Below are positions 1 through 7,637 of a stretch of 25,032 bases of DNA, piece after piece; positions within the stretch are counted from its first letter, which is position 1, and each line of letters opens with the position of its first letter. A program made the translations under genes and the position numbers. Below the pieces are notes generated by a model, which made no database searches, had not been told where the DNA came from, and saw only the letters and a program-made list of their open reading frames with translations. This stretch comes from a virus (lineage: Duplodnaviria; Caudoviricetes), in the IMG/VR virus record IMGVR_UViG_3300005805_000454, positions 1 through 25,032 of that record; one strand, given 5' to 3'.

Positions 1-47
1 ACCCATTGCGGGACGCCGTTCGACAGTGGCGAGGGCGATGGTGCCAT
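1..47 (-). CDS. 5' end of a gene running off the left edge (MAPSPSPLSNGVPQW...), probably leaderless
   Basis: ATG at 47 lies 6 nt downstream of GGAAAGCT (54-61, - strand), the same geometry as at 19948 and 23802. Open to the window edge. Confidence 0.55.
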   Translation of the reverse strand, partial: MAPSPSPLSNGVPQW

Positions 48-53
48 GCAAGC

Positions 54-61
54 AGCTTTCC
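54..61 (-). promoter_or_regulatory. Phage promoter-like motif GGAAAGCT
   Basis: Minus strand reads GGAAAGCT-GCTTGC-ATG. Confidence 0.65.
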
Positions 62-192
62 GACGGCCTGCGGTCGTGGGCCCCGGCAAACCGGAGCCCG
101 GCCACTACACGCGAACACGGGGTCACGTGTCGGCGGCAGGGACACCACTCCCACGCCGCTCGCAACATCGTAGCCGGTCTGGCGATGGCAGG

Positions 193-223
193 AAAACCCC
201 CGGCCCTGCTTGGTTTCCGGGGG
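193..223 (-). terminator. Intrinsic terminator-like hairpin
   Basis: 7-bp stem CCCCCGG (197-203)/CCGGGGG (217-223), followed on the minus strand by TTTT (196-193). Confidence 0.5.
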
Positions 224-275
224 CAGCAACCCACCGGCTCAGCCTGCCGTGTGGTCACAAGCCGCTCGGCAGGCG

Positions 276-304
276 GTGCAGATGCGGATCTGATCCGGTA
301 TGAT
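276..304 (+). promoter_or_regulatory. Putative sigma70-type early promoter with palindromic operator
   Basis: -10 TATGAT at 299-304, 23 nt before ATG 328. Perfect inverted repeat CGGATC-T-GATCCG at 285-297. The -35 match is weak. Confidence 0.5.
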
Positions 305-327
305 TCGATCAGGCCACCACACCACCC

Positions 328-618
328 ATGGCACCACGAACCCCAGTTCTGATCGCTGACCGCGAGCCAGACGCCACCGACTGCGACCCCCTCGGCCGCT
401 GCTGGTGGGGTCAGCCGGCGTTCATCCGTCGCGGGCAGTACCACGCCGCCTGCTGGTTCTACGGCGAGGAGCCCGACGACAGCGACACCCACTGGATGGC
501 GCACGATGCCATCCCGCTGATCACCGCCGACGGCGAGCCCGACTTCGAGCCCGACGACGACTGGCACACCCACCCATCCCTCACCGCTGCTGAGCGGAAC
601 ACCTTGACCCGCGCCTGA
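328..618 (+). CDS. Hypothetical phage protein (acidic, Trp-rich)
   Basis: 96 aa, GC3-rich codons, first gene of the packed + operon. Contains D.D..G...W and THW..H.A.P motifs. Confidence 0.8.
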   Translation: MAPRTPVLIADREPDATDCDPLGRCWWGQPAFIRRGQYHAACWFYGEEPDDSDTHWMAHDAIPLITADGEPDFEPDDDWHTHPSLTAAERNTLTRA

Positions 619-622
619 TCCG

Positions 623-1231
623 ATGACCACCACCCTGTTTGCCCTCACCGGCGAAGCGCTCACGCTGCAGTCCCGCATCAACACCGCTGCTGAGCTGCTG
701 TTCAGCGACGATCCCGCCGAGGTGGCCCAGGCCACTGCAGAGCTGGAGGCCCTGATCAATGCCGAAGCTGACAACCGCAAGGCGGTCGAGGCCAAGGCTG
801 ACGCCTGGTGCTGGGCGATCGACCACATCCGCGCTCAGGCCATTGCCCGCGCTGAGCACGCCCGCCGGCTCACCGAGCTGGCCAAGGCGGCTGAGCATCA
901 GGCCGAGGTGCTGCAGGATCGGCTGATCGGTGCGCTGCAGAAGGTCGCCCCGGACGAAACCACCTGGACCCTGCCCGAGCACAAGATCACCAGTAGAAAA
1001 TCCACGGTTGTCGTGGTGGACTGCGAGCCAGAAAATCTGCCGAAGCAGTACCAGCGAATCAAGATTGAGGCCGACAAGACTGGAATCAAGGAGGCGATAA
1101 AGGTCGCCGTTGCAGCGGCTAAGGCAGCTGCCCCAGACGACGCGGCTGCCGCCAAAGCGGCTGCTGTCGCCACGGTTAAAACCGTGCCTGGCTGCTCTCT
1201 GGTCGAGCGCCGCAGCTGGAAAATCGTCTGA
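623..1231 (+). CDS. Siphovirus Gp157 family protein
   Basis: N-terminal TLFALTGE, long coiled coil with KADAWCWAI, then RKS..VVVD..PENLPKQY...EADKTGIKEAIK and C-terminal VPGCSLVERRSWKI. Confidence 0.88.
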   Translation: MTTTLFALTGEALTLQSRINTAAELLFSDDPAEVAQATAELEALINAEADNRKAVEAKADAWCWAIDHIRAQAIARAEHARRLTELAKAAEHQAEVLQDRLIGALQKVAPDETTWTLPEHKITSRKSTVVVVDCEPENLPKQYQRIKIEADKTGIKEAIKVAVAAAKAAAPDDAAAAKAAAVATVKTVPGCSLVERRSWKIV

Positions 1232-1266
1232 CCCCACTCATCCACATTCACACCCGCATCATCCCC

Positions 1267-1614
1267 ATGCCAACCGCCACCCTTCAGTGCCCGGCTGCCC
1301 TGTCCGACCTGATCCTGCAGGCCGCCCGTGCGGCCATCCCCGCCCACGTCGATGGGCTGATCACCCTGCCGGCTGCCGGCGTGCGAAACGACCCGCTGCT
1401 GCCCCTGCTGGTGGGGCTGCTCGACGCCGCGCAGGTCACCGCCAAGGCCGTCGGCGACAACGCCTGGGATGACTGCCGGCCCCTACCGGCGGAGCTGGCA
1501 GTCGATCTGGCGCGGCAGTGCCGGGCCATTGCCGCCGACCTGGAGAACGCCAACCAGTGCCCCGACGCATCGGCGTTCTCGCTGCCATCCATGAGCGGGA
1601 AGGAGCTGGTCTGA
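1267..1614 (+). CDS. Hypothetical phage protein
   Basis: 115 aa. Its stop overlaps the next start (TGATG at 1612-1616). Confidence 0.75.
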   Translation: MPTATLQCPAALSDLILQAARAAIPAHVDGLITLPAAGVRNDPLLPLLVGLLDAAQVTAKAVGDNAWDDCRPLPAELAVDLARQCRAIAADLENANQCPDASAFSLPSMSGKELV

Positions 1615-1790
1615 TGCGCACCACCTGCGCCACCTGCCGGTTCGTTGAACGCGACGAAGAGCGGCTGGCGTGCCATCGCCTGCCACCGCCCTGGCCCACG
1701 GTGTTCCCGCCTTCCTGGTGCGGGGAATGGGCCGCCGCTGATCACCACGCCACCACCACCGATGAACAACTACGCGCTCCTGCCCACTGA
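1614..1790 (+). CDS. Small Cys-rich phage protein (CxxC...C...WCGEW)
   Basis: MRTTCATCRF...ACHRLPP.WP.V....WCGEW, coupled start at 1614. Probably binds metal. Confidence 0.75.
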   Translation: MRTTCATCRFVERDEERLACHRLPPPWPTVFPPSWCGEWAAADHHATTTDEQLRAPAH

Positions 1791-1986
1791 AGATCGTCCC
1801 ACCGGCGGTGTGGGCATCACCCGCACCGATGACCCCAGGGCCACGCTCTGGCCGTATCAGGTGCGGTTCCAGGTCGGAAGGCCGATGACCGGCACCATCG
1901 CCGCGGTTGATCGCCACCAGGCGGCGCGGTTCCTGAAAGCCCGGTATCCACAGGCCGCCAGCACCAAGGTGCTGCCCCGCCGATGA
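1762..1986 (+). CDS. Hypothetical phage protein
   Basis: MNNYALLPTEDRP..., with an ATGA overlap with the next gene at 1983-1986. Confidence 0.7.
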   Translation: MNNYALLPTEDRPTGGVGITRTDDPRATLWPYQVRFQVGRPMTGTIAAVDRHQAARFLKARYPQAASTKVLPRR

Positions 1987-2285
1987 GCAGACGACCGCCA
2001 GCTGATCGGCGCTACGATGCGCAGGCGATTCTGCAGATCAAGGCAGCCAAGACCAGTAACGCAGCAGAAGCGAAAATACGCTGCTGCAGTAAGGAGTTCA
2101 TTCGCCAGGTCCGCGCCGGATTGGTATACAAAGACCTATGGGATCCGGCGCTGGCTATCGGCAGTGTGAGCTGTTTGCGATGCGTGCATCGCGGCAGTCC
2201 ATGCGATTTGGAAATTCCCGAGGCAAAGACGGAGGGCCCTGATTACGCAAAGGAGTGCTTGTACTGGAAGGAAATGACAAAATGA
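1983..2285 (+). CDS. Hypothetical protein with HTH-like N-terminus and 4-Cys C-terminal domain
   Basis: SNAAEAK..CCSKEFIRQVRAG (HTH-like), then CLRC..C...C. ATGA overlaps at both ends. Confidence 0.75.
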   Translation: MSRRPPADRRYDAQAILQIKAAKTSNAAEAKIRCCSKEFIRQVRAGLVYKDLWDPALAIGSVSCLRCVHRGSPCDLEIPEAKTEGPDYAKECLYWKEMTK

Positions 2286-2503
2286 AGTTTCTGAAAAACA
2301 ACATCATTCTGATCGTGCTGATTGTTGCCGTATCGCTGTATTTACTTGCTGCGGTTGCTGCAAGTTCTTCCCTTGATAACTGCACTCGAACCAGCACAAC
2401 CAAATCAAGCACTTTTATTTCTTTGGTTGGTCGCCTCATGCTTCCAATCACAACGACTCGCCGCCTTTATGTCTGCCCTGATGGCCGGAGGCTGTGGTTA
2501 TGA
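2282..2503 (+). CDS. Small membrane-anchored or secreted hypothetical protein (low GC)
   Basis: MKFLKNNIILIVLIVAVSLYLLAAVAA hydrophobic N-terminus, two Cys, ATGA overlaps at both ends, visibly AT-richer than its neighbours. Confidence 0.7.
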   Translation: MKFLKNNIILIVLIVAVSLYLLAAVAASSSLDNCTRTSTTKSSTFISLVGRLMLPITTTRRLYVCPDGRRLWL

Positions 2504-2667
2504 CCTGGCACACCGACCGCCTCCCCACCGCCGAGGACGCCGACCCGCACGGCATGGTCCGCTGGGGCCCCAGCCATCCGGGCCTGCTGTGCCGCTGGGA
2601 TCGCGTGCGCCCCGGTGAGCCATGGGCGCACTCCTCCGCCTGGCGGCCGCCGGAGACCACACCATGA
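2500..2667 (+). CDS. Small Trp-rich hypothetical protein (55 aa, not in ORF track)
   Basis: Hand-translated MTWHTDRLPTAEDADPHGMVRWG...WAHSSAWRPPETTP*. ATGA overlaps at 2500 and 2664. Confidence 0.75.
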   Translation: MTWHTDRLPTAEDADPHGMVRWGPSHPGLLCRWDRVRPGEPWAHSSAWRPPETTP

Positions 2668-2873
2668 CCCGCCTCCTCCTCACCATCCCCGAGGCCGCGG
2701 ATGCCCTTGGCGTCAGCGAGCGGCACATCTACCGGCTGATCGCCGAGGCCGACAGCAACCGCCGCAGCCGCTGGCGGTGGGGCCGCGAGCTGATCAACCT
2801 GGCGCCGGTTGGGGCCAGCAAGCGGACGGTGCGGGTGAACGCAGGGGCGGTGGTGCCGTGTCTCACGATCTGA
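2664..2873 (+). CDS. Excisionase-like HTH DNA-binding protein
   Basis: MTRLLLTIPEAADALGVSERHIYRLI matches the Xis/HTH_17 pattern. Lies near the integrase. Confidence 0.8.
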   Translation: MTRLLLTIPEAADALGVSERHIYRLIAEADSNRRSRWRWGRELINLAPVGASKRTVRVNAGAVVPCLTI

Positions 2874-3118
2874 TCCGCCGCCTGGCTGCCGCGCTGCCGC
2901 CCGATCACCCCCTGGCGGCCGAGGCCCACGAAGCCCTGACCCGCGCCACCCCGCTCGACACCCTGCCCCTGTCGAACCGCACCCGGCTGGCCCTGCTCCG
3001 CGGCGGATACCGCACCGTGGAGGAGCTGCGCGAGGCCGGCCCCCAGCAGTGGATCACCCGCCGATCGATCGGGCCCGAGGCCGTGAAGGAGATCAGCTGG
3101 GCGCTGGGGCACCGGTGA
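2858..3118 (+). CDS. RNA polymerase alpha-CTD-like (HhH) small protein
   Basis: PLDTLPLSNRTRLALLRGGYRTVEEL.......W.....IGPEAVKEI resembles the alpha-CTD pattern (I..L.LS.R..N.L...GI.TV.DL........L....N.G.KS..EI). GTG start at 2858. Confidence 0.75.
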   Translation: MSHDLIRRLAAALPPDHPLAAEAHEALTRATPLDTLPLSNRTRLALLRGGYRTVEELREAGPQQWITRRSIGPEAVKEISWALGHR

Positions 3119-4109
3119 GCGCCCTCTCCGCCGCCTCCGCCACCACATGCGGCTGGATGTGCGCCCGATACACCCTGGTGTGCTGCTGCGGCGAGTGCCC
3201 CATGAGCCGCGCCGCGGTGAACACGTCCAGCCGCGAGCCGCCCTCCCGCCACAGCCTGGCCGCGTAGGCGTGCCGCAGGGCGTAGGGCCGCCAGGGCAGG
3301 CCCAGCCGCTTCAGCTCCTTCGACAGCCACTTCGCCACCACCTCGGGCCGATCGTGAGCTGCGCCCTGGAGGGTGGGCCGCAGCCGCCGGTCACGCAGGC
3401 TGAACCGCTCAACCCACTCCCGGGGCACCGGCACCACCGTGCGGAATCCGGTCTTGGTGGCCTCCTGCACCTGGCAGTAATCCCGCCCCACCAGCGCCGC
3501 CCCCTCGATCTCGTGGGGCCTGAGGCCGTAGGCGGCCATCATCCCGAAGTACCAGGCCGCGGGCCCGGCCCCCTCGACCCACGCGACGATCTCCGCATCA
3601 GTGGGCACCGCCACCAGCTCGGCCTGGGCGTAAGTCGGCAGCGGCACCTCTGGGAACGGCACCGCCACCAGCCGGGCCAGGTGCCTCAGGAGGTAGTAGA
3701 GCTCCTTGTAGCTGCACGAGGCGCGGTCGTACCTCTCCAGCGCCGCCGCCATCGAGGCCGTGTCGCAGGTGCTGCCCGGCGGGATCTGCCGCAGCCTGCC
3801 CAGGTAGTTGATTTCCCAGGTGCTCTCCGACGTGCGGCCCAGCACCACCCTGGCCCGGTGCAGCCGGGTGATCGCTTCCCGCCAGGTCAGCCCACCGGCC
3901 GCATCGTCGTTCCAGTAGGCCCACTCGAAGGTCCCCGCCTCCAGCTGCCGCTCCAGGGTCTGCAGCTGCTTGGCCGCCATTCGGCGGTTGACCGGAGTGT
4001 CGTCCAGCCGCAGGGCGATCCGCTGCTGCGCCAACCCCGGCCGCCCGTCCCGCCGCGGCACACGGGCGAGCAGATACAAGCGCCCGCGCTGGGCGTTGAT
4101 GGAGGCCAT
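3093..4109 (-). CDS. int: Tyrosine recombinase / phage integrase
   Basis: Catalytic motifs YGLRPHE (R), KTG (K), YALRH (HxxR-type), LMGHS (H) and HTRVY (Y). N-terminal arm-binding-like segment. ATG 4109 preferred because 4163 lies inside the att arm sites. Confidence 0.93.
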   Translation of the reverse strand: MASINAQRGRLYLLARVPRRDGRPGLAQQRIALRLDDTPVNRRMAAKQLQTLERQLEAGTFEWAYWNDDAAGGLTWREAITRLHRARVVLGRTSESTWEINYLGRLRQIPPGSTCDTASMAAALERYDRASCSYKELYYLLRHLARLVAVPFPEVPLPTYAQAELVAVPTDAEIVAWVEGAGPAAWYFGMMAAYGLRPHEIEGAALVGRDYCQVQEATKTGFRTVVPVPREWVERFSLRDRRLRPTLQGAAHDRPEVVAKWLSKELKRLGLPWRPYALRHAYAARLWREGGSRLDVFTAARLMGHSPQQHTRVYRAHIQPHVVAEAAERALTGAPAPS

Positions 4110-4146
4110 CGGAATACGACGAGTTCGGGGGGTGTAGTGGCGCCCG

Positions 4147-4369
4147 ATGCACCGGGCGTGCATACCGTACCGGCTTGCTGGCAGAACCTGGCAGAACCTG
4201 GCAGAACGTCACCGCCAGCTGTTCAGCTCAGATCCGCTGCGCTGCGGGCAGTTTCGGCTCTGCGACAGGCCAGCACGGCCAGATAAAGATCCTCGTCAAT
4301 TTCGCGGATGTCGTATTTCCAGCCCAGTCACCGCAGGCGATCTCAGGCGGCGTGCATAGAGCGTGCATG
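4147..4369. other. attP-like site: arm repeats, tandem accessory-factor sites and core
   Basis: GCGTGCAT at 4156, 4350 and 4361 (partial inverted copy 4147-4152). CTGGCAGAAC x3 at 4178-4207. Core AGATCCTCG-TCAATTT-CGCGGATGT at 4287-4311. Confidence 0.7.
4178..4207 (+). repeat. Three tandem 10-bp repeats CTGGCAGAAC
   Basis: Read directly. Spacing is about one helical turn. Confidence 0.9.
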
Positions 4370-4370
4370 C

Positions 4371-4757
4371 CTAAGGCGCCCGGTGAATCTCCGCTGACGG
4401 CTGCCTGGCGTCGATCACCCTCCGGTTCTGCCCCACCCCCACCAGTGCCAGCACCGCCACCAGCAGGGCCCCCCACGGCGCGAGCTTGGTGGCCAGGCCG
4501 TCGGCAAACGATCGAGAGCCACGGGCGGTGGCCTCGGCGGTGGCCAGCCGGTCTACGGTCTCCTCCAGCCGCTTCAGATCTTCCCGCGTGACCTGGTGGG
4601 CCTCCAGCTGCACCTGCCGCTGCTCCAGCCTTTCGACGCGACTCATGAACGAGGTCATGCTGTCGCGGTGCTGGCTCAGCCCGGCCTGCAATCCGATCAG
4701 CAGGCCCTCCAGCCGGCCGAGGCGTTCGTAGATCGGCCCGTCCTCTCCTGCGGTCAC
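4371..4757 (-). CDS. Coiled-coil protein with C-terminal TM helix (XhlA/holin-like architecture)
   Basis: YERLGRLEG...RVERLEQRQVQLE, then WGALLVAVLALVGVG. Promoter motif 28 nt upstream. Confidence 0.75.
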   Translation of the reverse strand: MTAGEDGPIYERLGRLEGLLIGLQAGLSQHRDSMTSFMSRVERLEQRQVQLEAHQVTREDLKRLEETVDRLATAEATARGSRSFADGLATKLAPWGALLVAVLALVGVGQNRRVIDARQPSAEIHRAP

Positions 4758-4785
4758 TGGCGGGGTTTGCTCGTGCTTCTGGTTG

Positions 4786-4793
4786 AGCTTTCC
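4786..4793 (-). promoter_or_regulatory. Phage promoter-like motif GGAAAGCT
   Basis: GGAAAGCT-CAACC-A, 28 nt upstream of GTG 4757. Confidence 0.7.
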
Positions 4794-4819
4794 AGGGCCA
4801 GAAGGCTGGCGGTCATGGG

Positions 4820-5512
4820 TCAGAGGGCAATGCGACGGAATGCGCGGACGCGGCGAGTGTTGCCTCTGCCGGAGATCTGATGCATTCCGCTAGCGAACGA
4901 AACAGTCCACGCGCCGCTTGCGGCATTCGTTGACGACCAGTGTTCGTCGCCAATGAACGCTTCGGAAGATGTGTTGAAACTTGTCAGCGCCGTTTGCGCT
5001 GGATACAGCAAGGAATTGTTCACCTCCCGTTTTGGAACTGAGTAATCATTGATTCCCCAGCTGGTGCTGTTTGATCCAGTGGTCGGCTTGAGATTGAAAT
5101 AGGCAATATCCAGTTCATAGCGGCTCGGCAGATACCAATCACTGAATCCGCCAATCGTTAGATTTTTGCAGAACTGAGCGGCCGGGTGGTCCGCGATACC
5201 TGCGGTCACAATGTCAGCGGTGTTGGCAACACCATCAAATGTGCTTGTAGATCCCGAGATGTTGCCCGTTGCGGTTCGCCACACATTCATGGTGGTCAGC
5301 GTGTAACCCGTGCCCGTCGCGCCCGTCGCCCTGGGCGCCACGATCAGCGCATGGGTGGGGCTGCGGTTAGCCGTGTGACTGATGTACCCAGCGAAATAGC
5401 CGCCGCCAAACGCCTCGCCAATCACGGCGGGAATGTACTGCTTGGCCGTGAAAAGCGCGCAGGAGCCTGTCGGCTTCTGCAGCGTAAGTCCTTTCCTGAT
5501 GACTAGCGTCAC
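4820..5512 (-). CDS. DUF1566/Lcl-like C-type-lectin-fold virion protein
   Basis: GGFSDWYLPSRYEL...HWSST.....AW.VSF.SG.........RVRAFR signature. Confidence 0.8.
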   Translation of the reverse strand: MTLVIRKGLTLQKPTGSCALFTAKQYIPAVIGEAFGGGYFAGYISHTANRSPTHALIVAPRATGATGTGYTLTTMNVWRTATGNISGSTSTFDGVANTADIVTAGIADHPAAQFCKNLTIGGFSDWYLPSRYELDIAYFNLKPTTGSNSTSWGINDYSVPKREVNNSLLYPAQTALTSFNTSSEAFIGDEHWSSTNAASGAWTVSFASGMHQISGRGNTRRVRAFRRIAL

Positions 5513-5515
5513 GCC

Positions 5516-5794
5516 CTATCCTCCCCCCGTGGCAGCAGGCAGTGGGATGGCATCTGCGCCCTGATAGGCAGGGTTGGGCGCACCATTTGCCAGGAAGCGC
5601 GGCTCAGAAACTCCAGTAAAATACGGGCCGACTTTGTAGATTGCCGCACGCTGCCGCACTGTTTCCACTATTGAAGTCACAAAGTATTCTTCTGGGCTGG
5701 TAGCATTTGTTGCTTCAGCAGACGCAACAATAAGAAACTCTGCCGCCAAGGCCGGCAGCAGCTCATCGGGAATCTCAACGGTGAACTGAGTCAT
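5516..5794 (-). CDS. Hypothetical protein (possible fibre-associated chaperone)
   Basis: MTQFTVEIPDELLPALAAEF..., starting 4 nt after the fibre gene stop. Confidence 0.7.
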   Translation of the reverse strand: MTQFTVEIPDELLPALAAEFLIVASAEATNATSPEEYFVTSIVETVRQRAAIYKVGPYFTGVSEPRFLANGAPNPAYQGADAIPLPAATGGG

Positions 5795-5798
5795 GGCG

Positions 5799-7637
5799 TC
5801 AGGAAGTAGTGGCTTTGATGATGGCAAAAGCGATCACGACCGCTTCGGCCAAGTCGCCTGCAGTAACATTGCGAACGGTGATCGTCGCAGAGCCTGCAGC
5901 GGCGCGAGCGGCAAACAGGTATGCCCCGGTGGTGCCGCCGGCCGCGTGATTGATGATGATTAAATCTGTCGCTGCAATTTGGCTGTTTGTCAGCGTAAAA
6001 CTTACTGCCGTATCAGCTACTAAATTAGCGGCATTCATTGTGATCTGACCGCAGCGAGCGTTCAGTGTCACTCCCGTAGATTTGTTTGTGGCCTGTGTCT
6101 GAGCACCGCCAGCGCCACTGCCATAGCCAAACGGCAATAAAAAACGAGTGCCAGTAGCTGAATCAAAAGTCGCCGTGCTGCCGGCTAATACCCCATTGTT
6201 ATTGTAAATATATTGCCCTGTGCTTCCGCCCACCAGCGCCACGGTGCCGGTGGCGTCGGGGAACGTCACCGTCCGGTTAGCAGTGGGGGTGACAAGCTGG
6301 AGCGTGGTCGTGAAGCTGCCGCCATCATCCAGCTTTACGTCACCCTTGTTCGTAAGCAGATTGGTGATTTTGTTGTAGGTGAGGTCAACATCACCGCCAA
6401 ACACACCACCATCGTTGAACTGGATCTGGGTGTCACTACCTCCAGGCGTTGCGGAAGGTATCGCTGCCCATGTGCCATCATCTTTGAGATACTTTCCGGT
6501 TGGCGTTCCAGTGGCCGGCGTTAGGCCCGCGCTGGCACTGCTTACCAGCGGTAGCGTCACATCAGTGCCGGTGCTGCTTTCCAGCAAGCGGGTTGATGAG
6601 GTGTAGCTGAGGTTGGTGCCTGCGGTGTTGATGCCGGTGAGCTGCGATCCATCTACCGCCGGCAGCTTGGCGCTGCCATCAAGCTGCACCACATTTCCGG
6701 CACTGATGCCGACGTTCTGCGCCGCAGCAGTGCCCAGTGTGGGCTTGTTCAGTATTTGCGCGTCGCCGTCACTGGCGCTCCAATCAGCATTTACGTTGAC
6801 CTCGGCTCCAGCCGCAATGTCGTCCAGCTTGCTTTTATCCGCTGCGCTCATCGAGCCGGCAGCGCTGATAGTGGCGGCGCTGATCCCCACCGTCTGCGTG
6901 CCGGCGTCGTAGGTGACTGGGGCTGTTGCCGCCACCACACCGGCGGGGCCTTGTGCGCCGGTTGGGCCCGTGGGACCTTGAGGGCCGGTTGCTCCGGCAG
7001 GGCCAGTGGCACCCGTTGCACCAGCTGGTCCCTGTGGACCGGTTGCTCCGGTAGGTCCCTGTGGGCCGGTCAGCGATGCCATCCACTGCGCTTCAGTGCC
7101 GACAAAGCCACCGGCAACCGCCGCCTGATAGGCGCTGCTGCCCGTTGCACCCGTGGGTCCGGCTGGCCCTTGCGTTCCTTGCGGGCCCGTGGGTCCGGTG
7201 GGGCCTTGTGGTCCGGTGGGACCAGCGGGGCCGCCGAGGCTGATACCCCATCCCCATGCGCCGGCAGCCTTCGGCCCATAGAGCCTTGGTGCGCTCACGT
7301 CTATGTAGAAATCACCATCGGTGCCCACCTCGCTGCCTGGAGCACCGATGCCGCCCAGCAGCGACTTGCCGATGGGGCCCTCCTCGCCCTGCTCGCCCTG
7401 CGGCCCCTGCTGCCCTTCGGCGATGTTGAAAATCACCGACCCCCAGGCGCCGGCAGCCTTCGGCCCGTAAATGTCGCCGTTGGCGGTATTCAGGTAGAAG
7501 TCGCCGTTGGCGCCAACACCAGAGCCCGGCGCGCCGGATCCCCGTTGCCACTCGGCTCCGATACCCGCGGGCCCTTGTTCACCCTGCGCACCCGGCGGCC
7601 CGGGCGTGACGATCTTGATCACTGCGGGGCAGGTCAT
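5799..7637 (-). CDS. Collagen-like virion fibre protein
   Basis: Long Gly-X-Y runs, two G.GAPGS.VG..GDFY........[10 protein letters not shown] modules, [10 protein letters not shown] and [11 protein letters not shown] fibre motifs, C-terminal [13 protein letters not shown] domain. Confidence 0.9.
   Translation of the reverse strand: MTCPAVIKIVTPGPPGAQGEQGPAGIGAEWQRGSGAPGSGVGANGDFYLNTANGDIYGPKAAGAWGSVIFNIAEGQQGPQGEQGEEGPIGKSLLGGIGAPGSEVGTDGDFYIDVSAPRLYGPKAAGAWGWGISLGGPAGPTGPQGPTGPTGPQGTQGPAGPTGATGSSAYQAAVAGGFVGTEAQWMASLTGPQGPTGATGPQGPAGATGATGPAGATGPQGPTGPTGAQGPAGVVAATAPVTYDAGTQTVGISAATISAAGSMSAADKSKLDDIAAGAEVNVNADWSASDGDAQILNKPTLGTAAAQNVGISAGNVVQLDGSAKLPAVDGSQLTGINTAGTNLSYTSSTRLLESSTGTDVTLPLVSSASAGLTPATGTPTGKYLKDDGTWAAIPSATPGGSDTQIQFNDGGVFGGDVDLTYNKITNLLTNKGDVKLDDGGSFTTTLQLVTPTANRTVTFPDATGTVALVGGSTGQYIYNNNGVLAGSTATFDSATGTRFLLPFGYGSGAGGAQTQATNKSTGVTLNARCGQITMNAANLVADTAVSFTLTNSQIAATDLIIINHAAGGTTGAYLFAARAAAGSATITVRNVTAGDLAEAVVIAFAIIKATTS

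Noticed and set aside
26-352. ORFs 26..352 and 46..303 on +
   Set aside because: They overlap promoter, operator and hairpin elements, and the composition is not protein-like.
4110-4163. Longer integrase start at 4163
   Set aside because: The extension runs through arm-type repeats and looks non-coding. ATG 4109 preferred.
4178-4207. Tandem repeat as a CRISPR or mini-array
   Set aside because: 10-bp units with no spacers. Better explained as att accessory-protein sites.
3147-4286. 379-aa + strand ORF
   Set aside because: Antisense shadow of the integrase in GC-rich DNA, with no recognisable motifs.
4111-4320. GGAATACGAC (4111) and inverted GTCGTATTTCC (4310) as terminal inverted repeats
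   Set aside because: Short, needs a gap, no target duplication or transposase. May be chance.
6940-7470. DNA repeats such as GCCGGCAGCCTTCGGCCC and GGTCC/GGGCC runs
   Set aside because: Explained by collagen Gly-X-Y and duplicated [10 protein letters not shown] protein modules.
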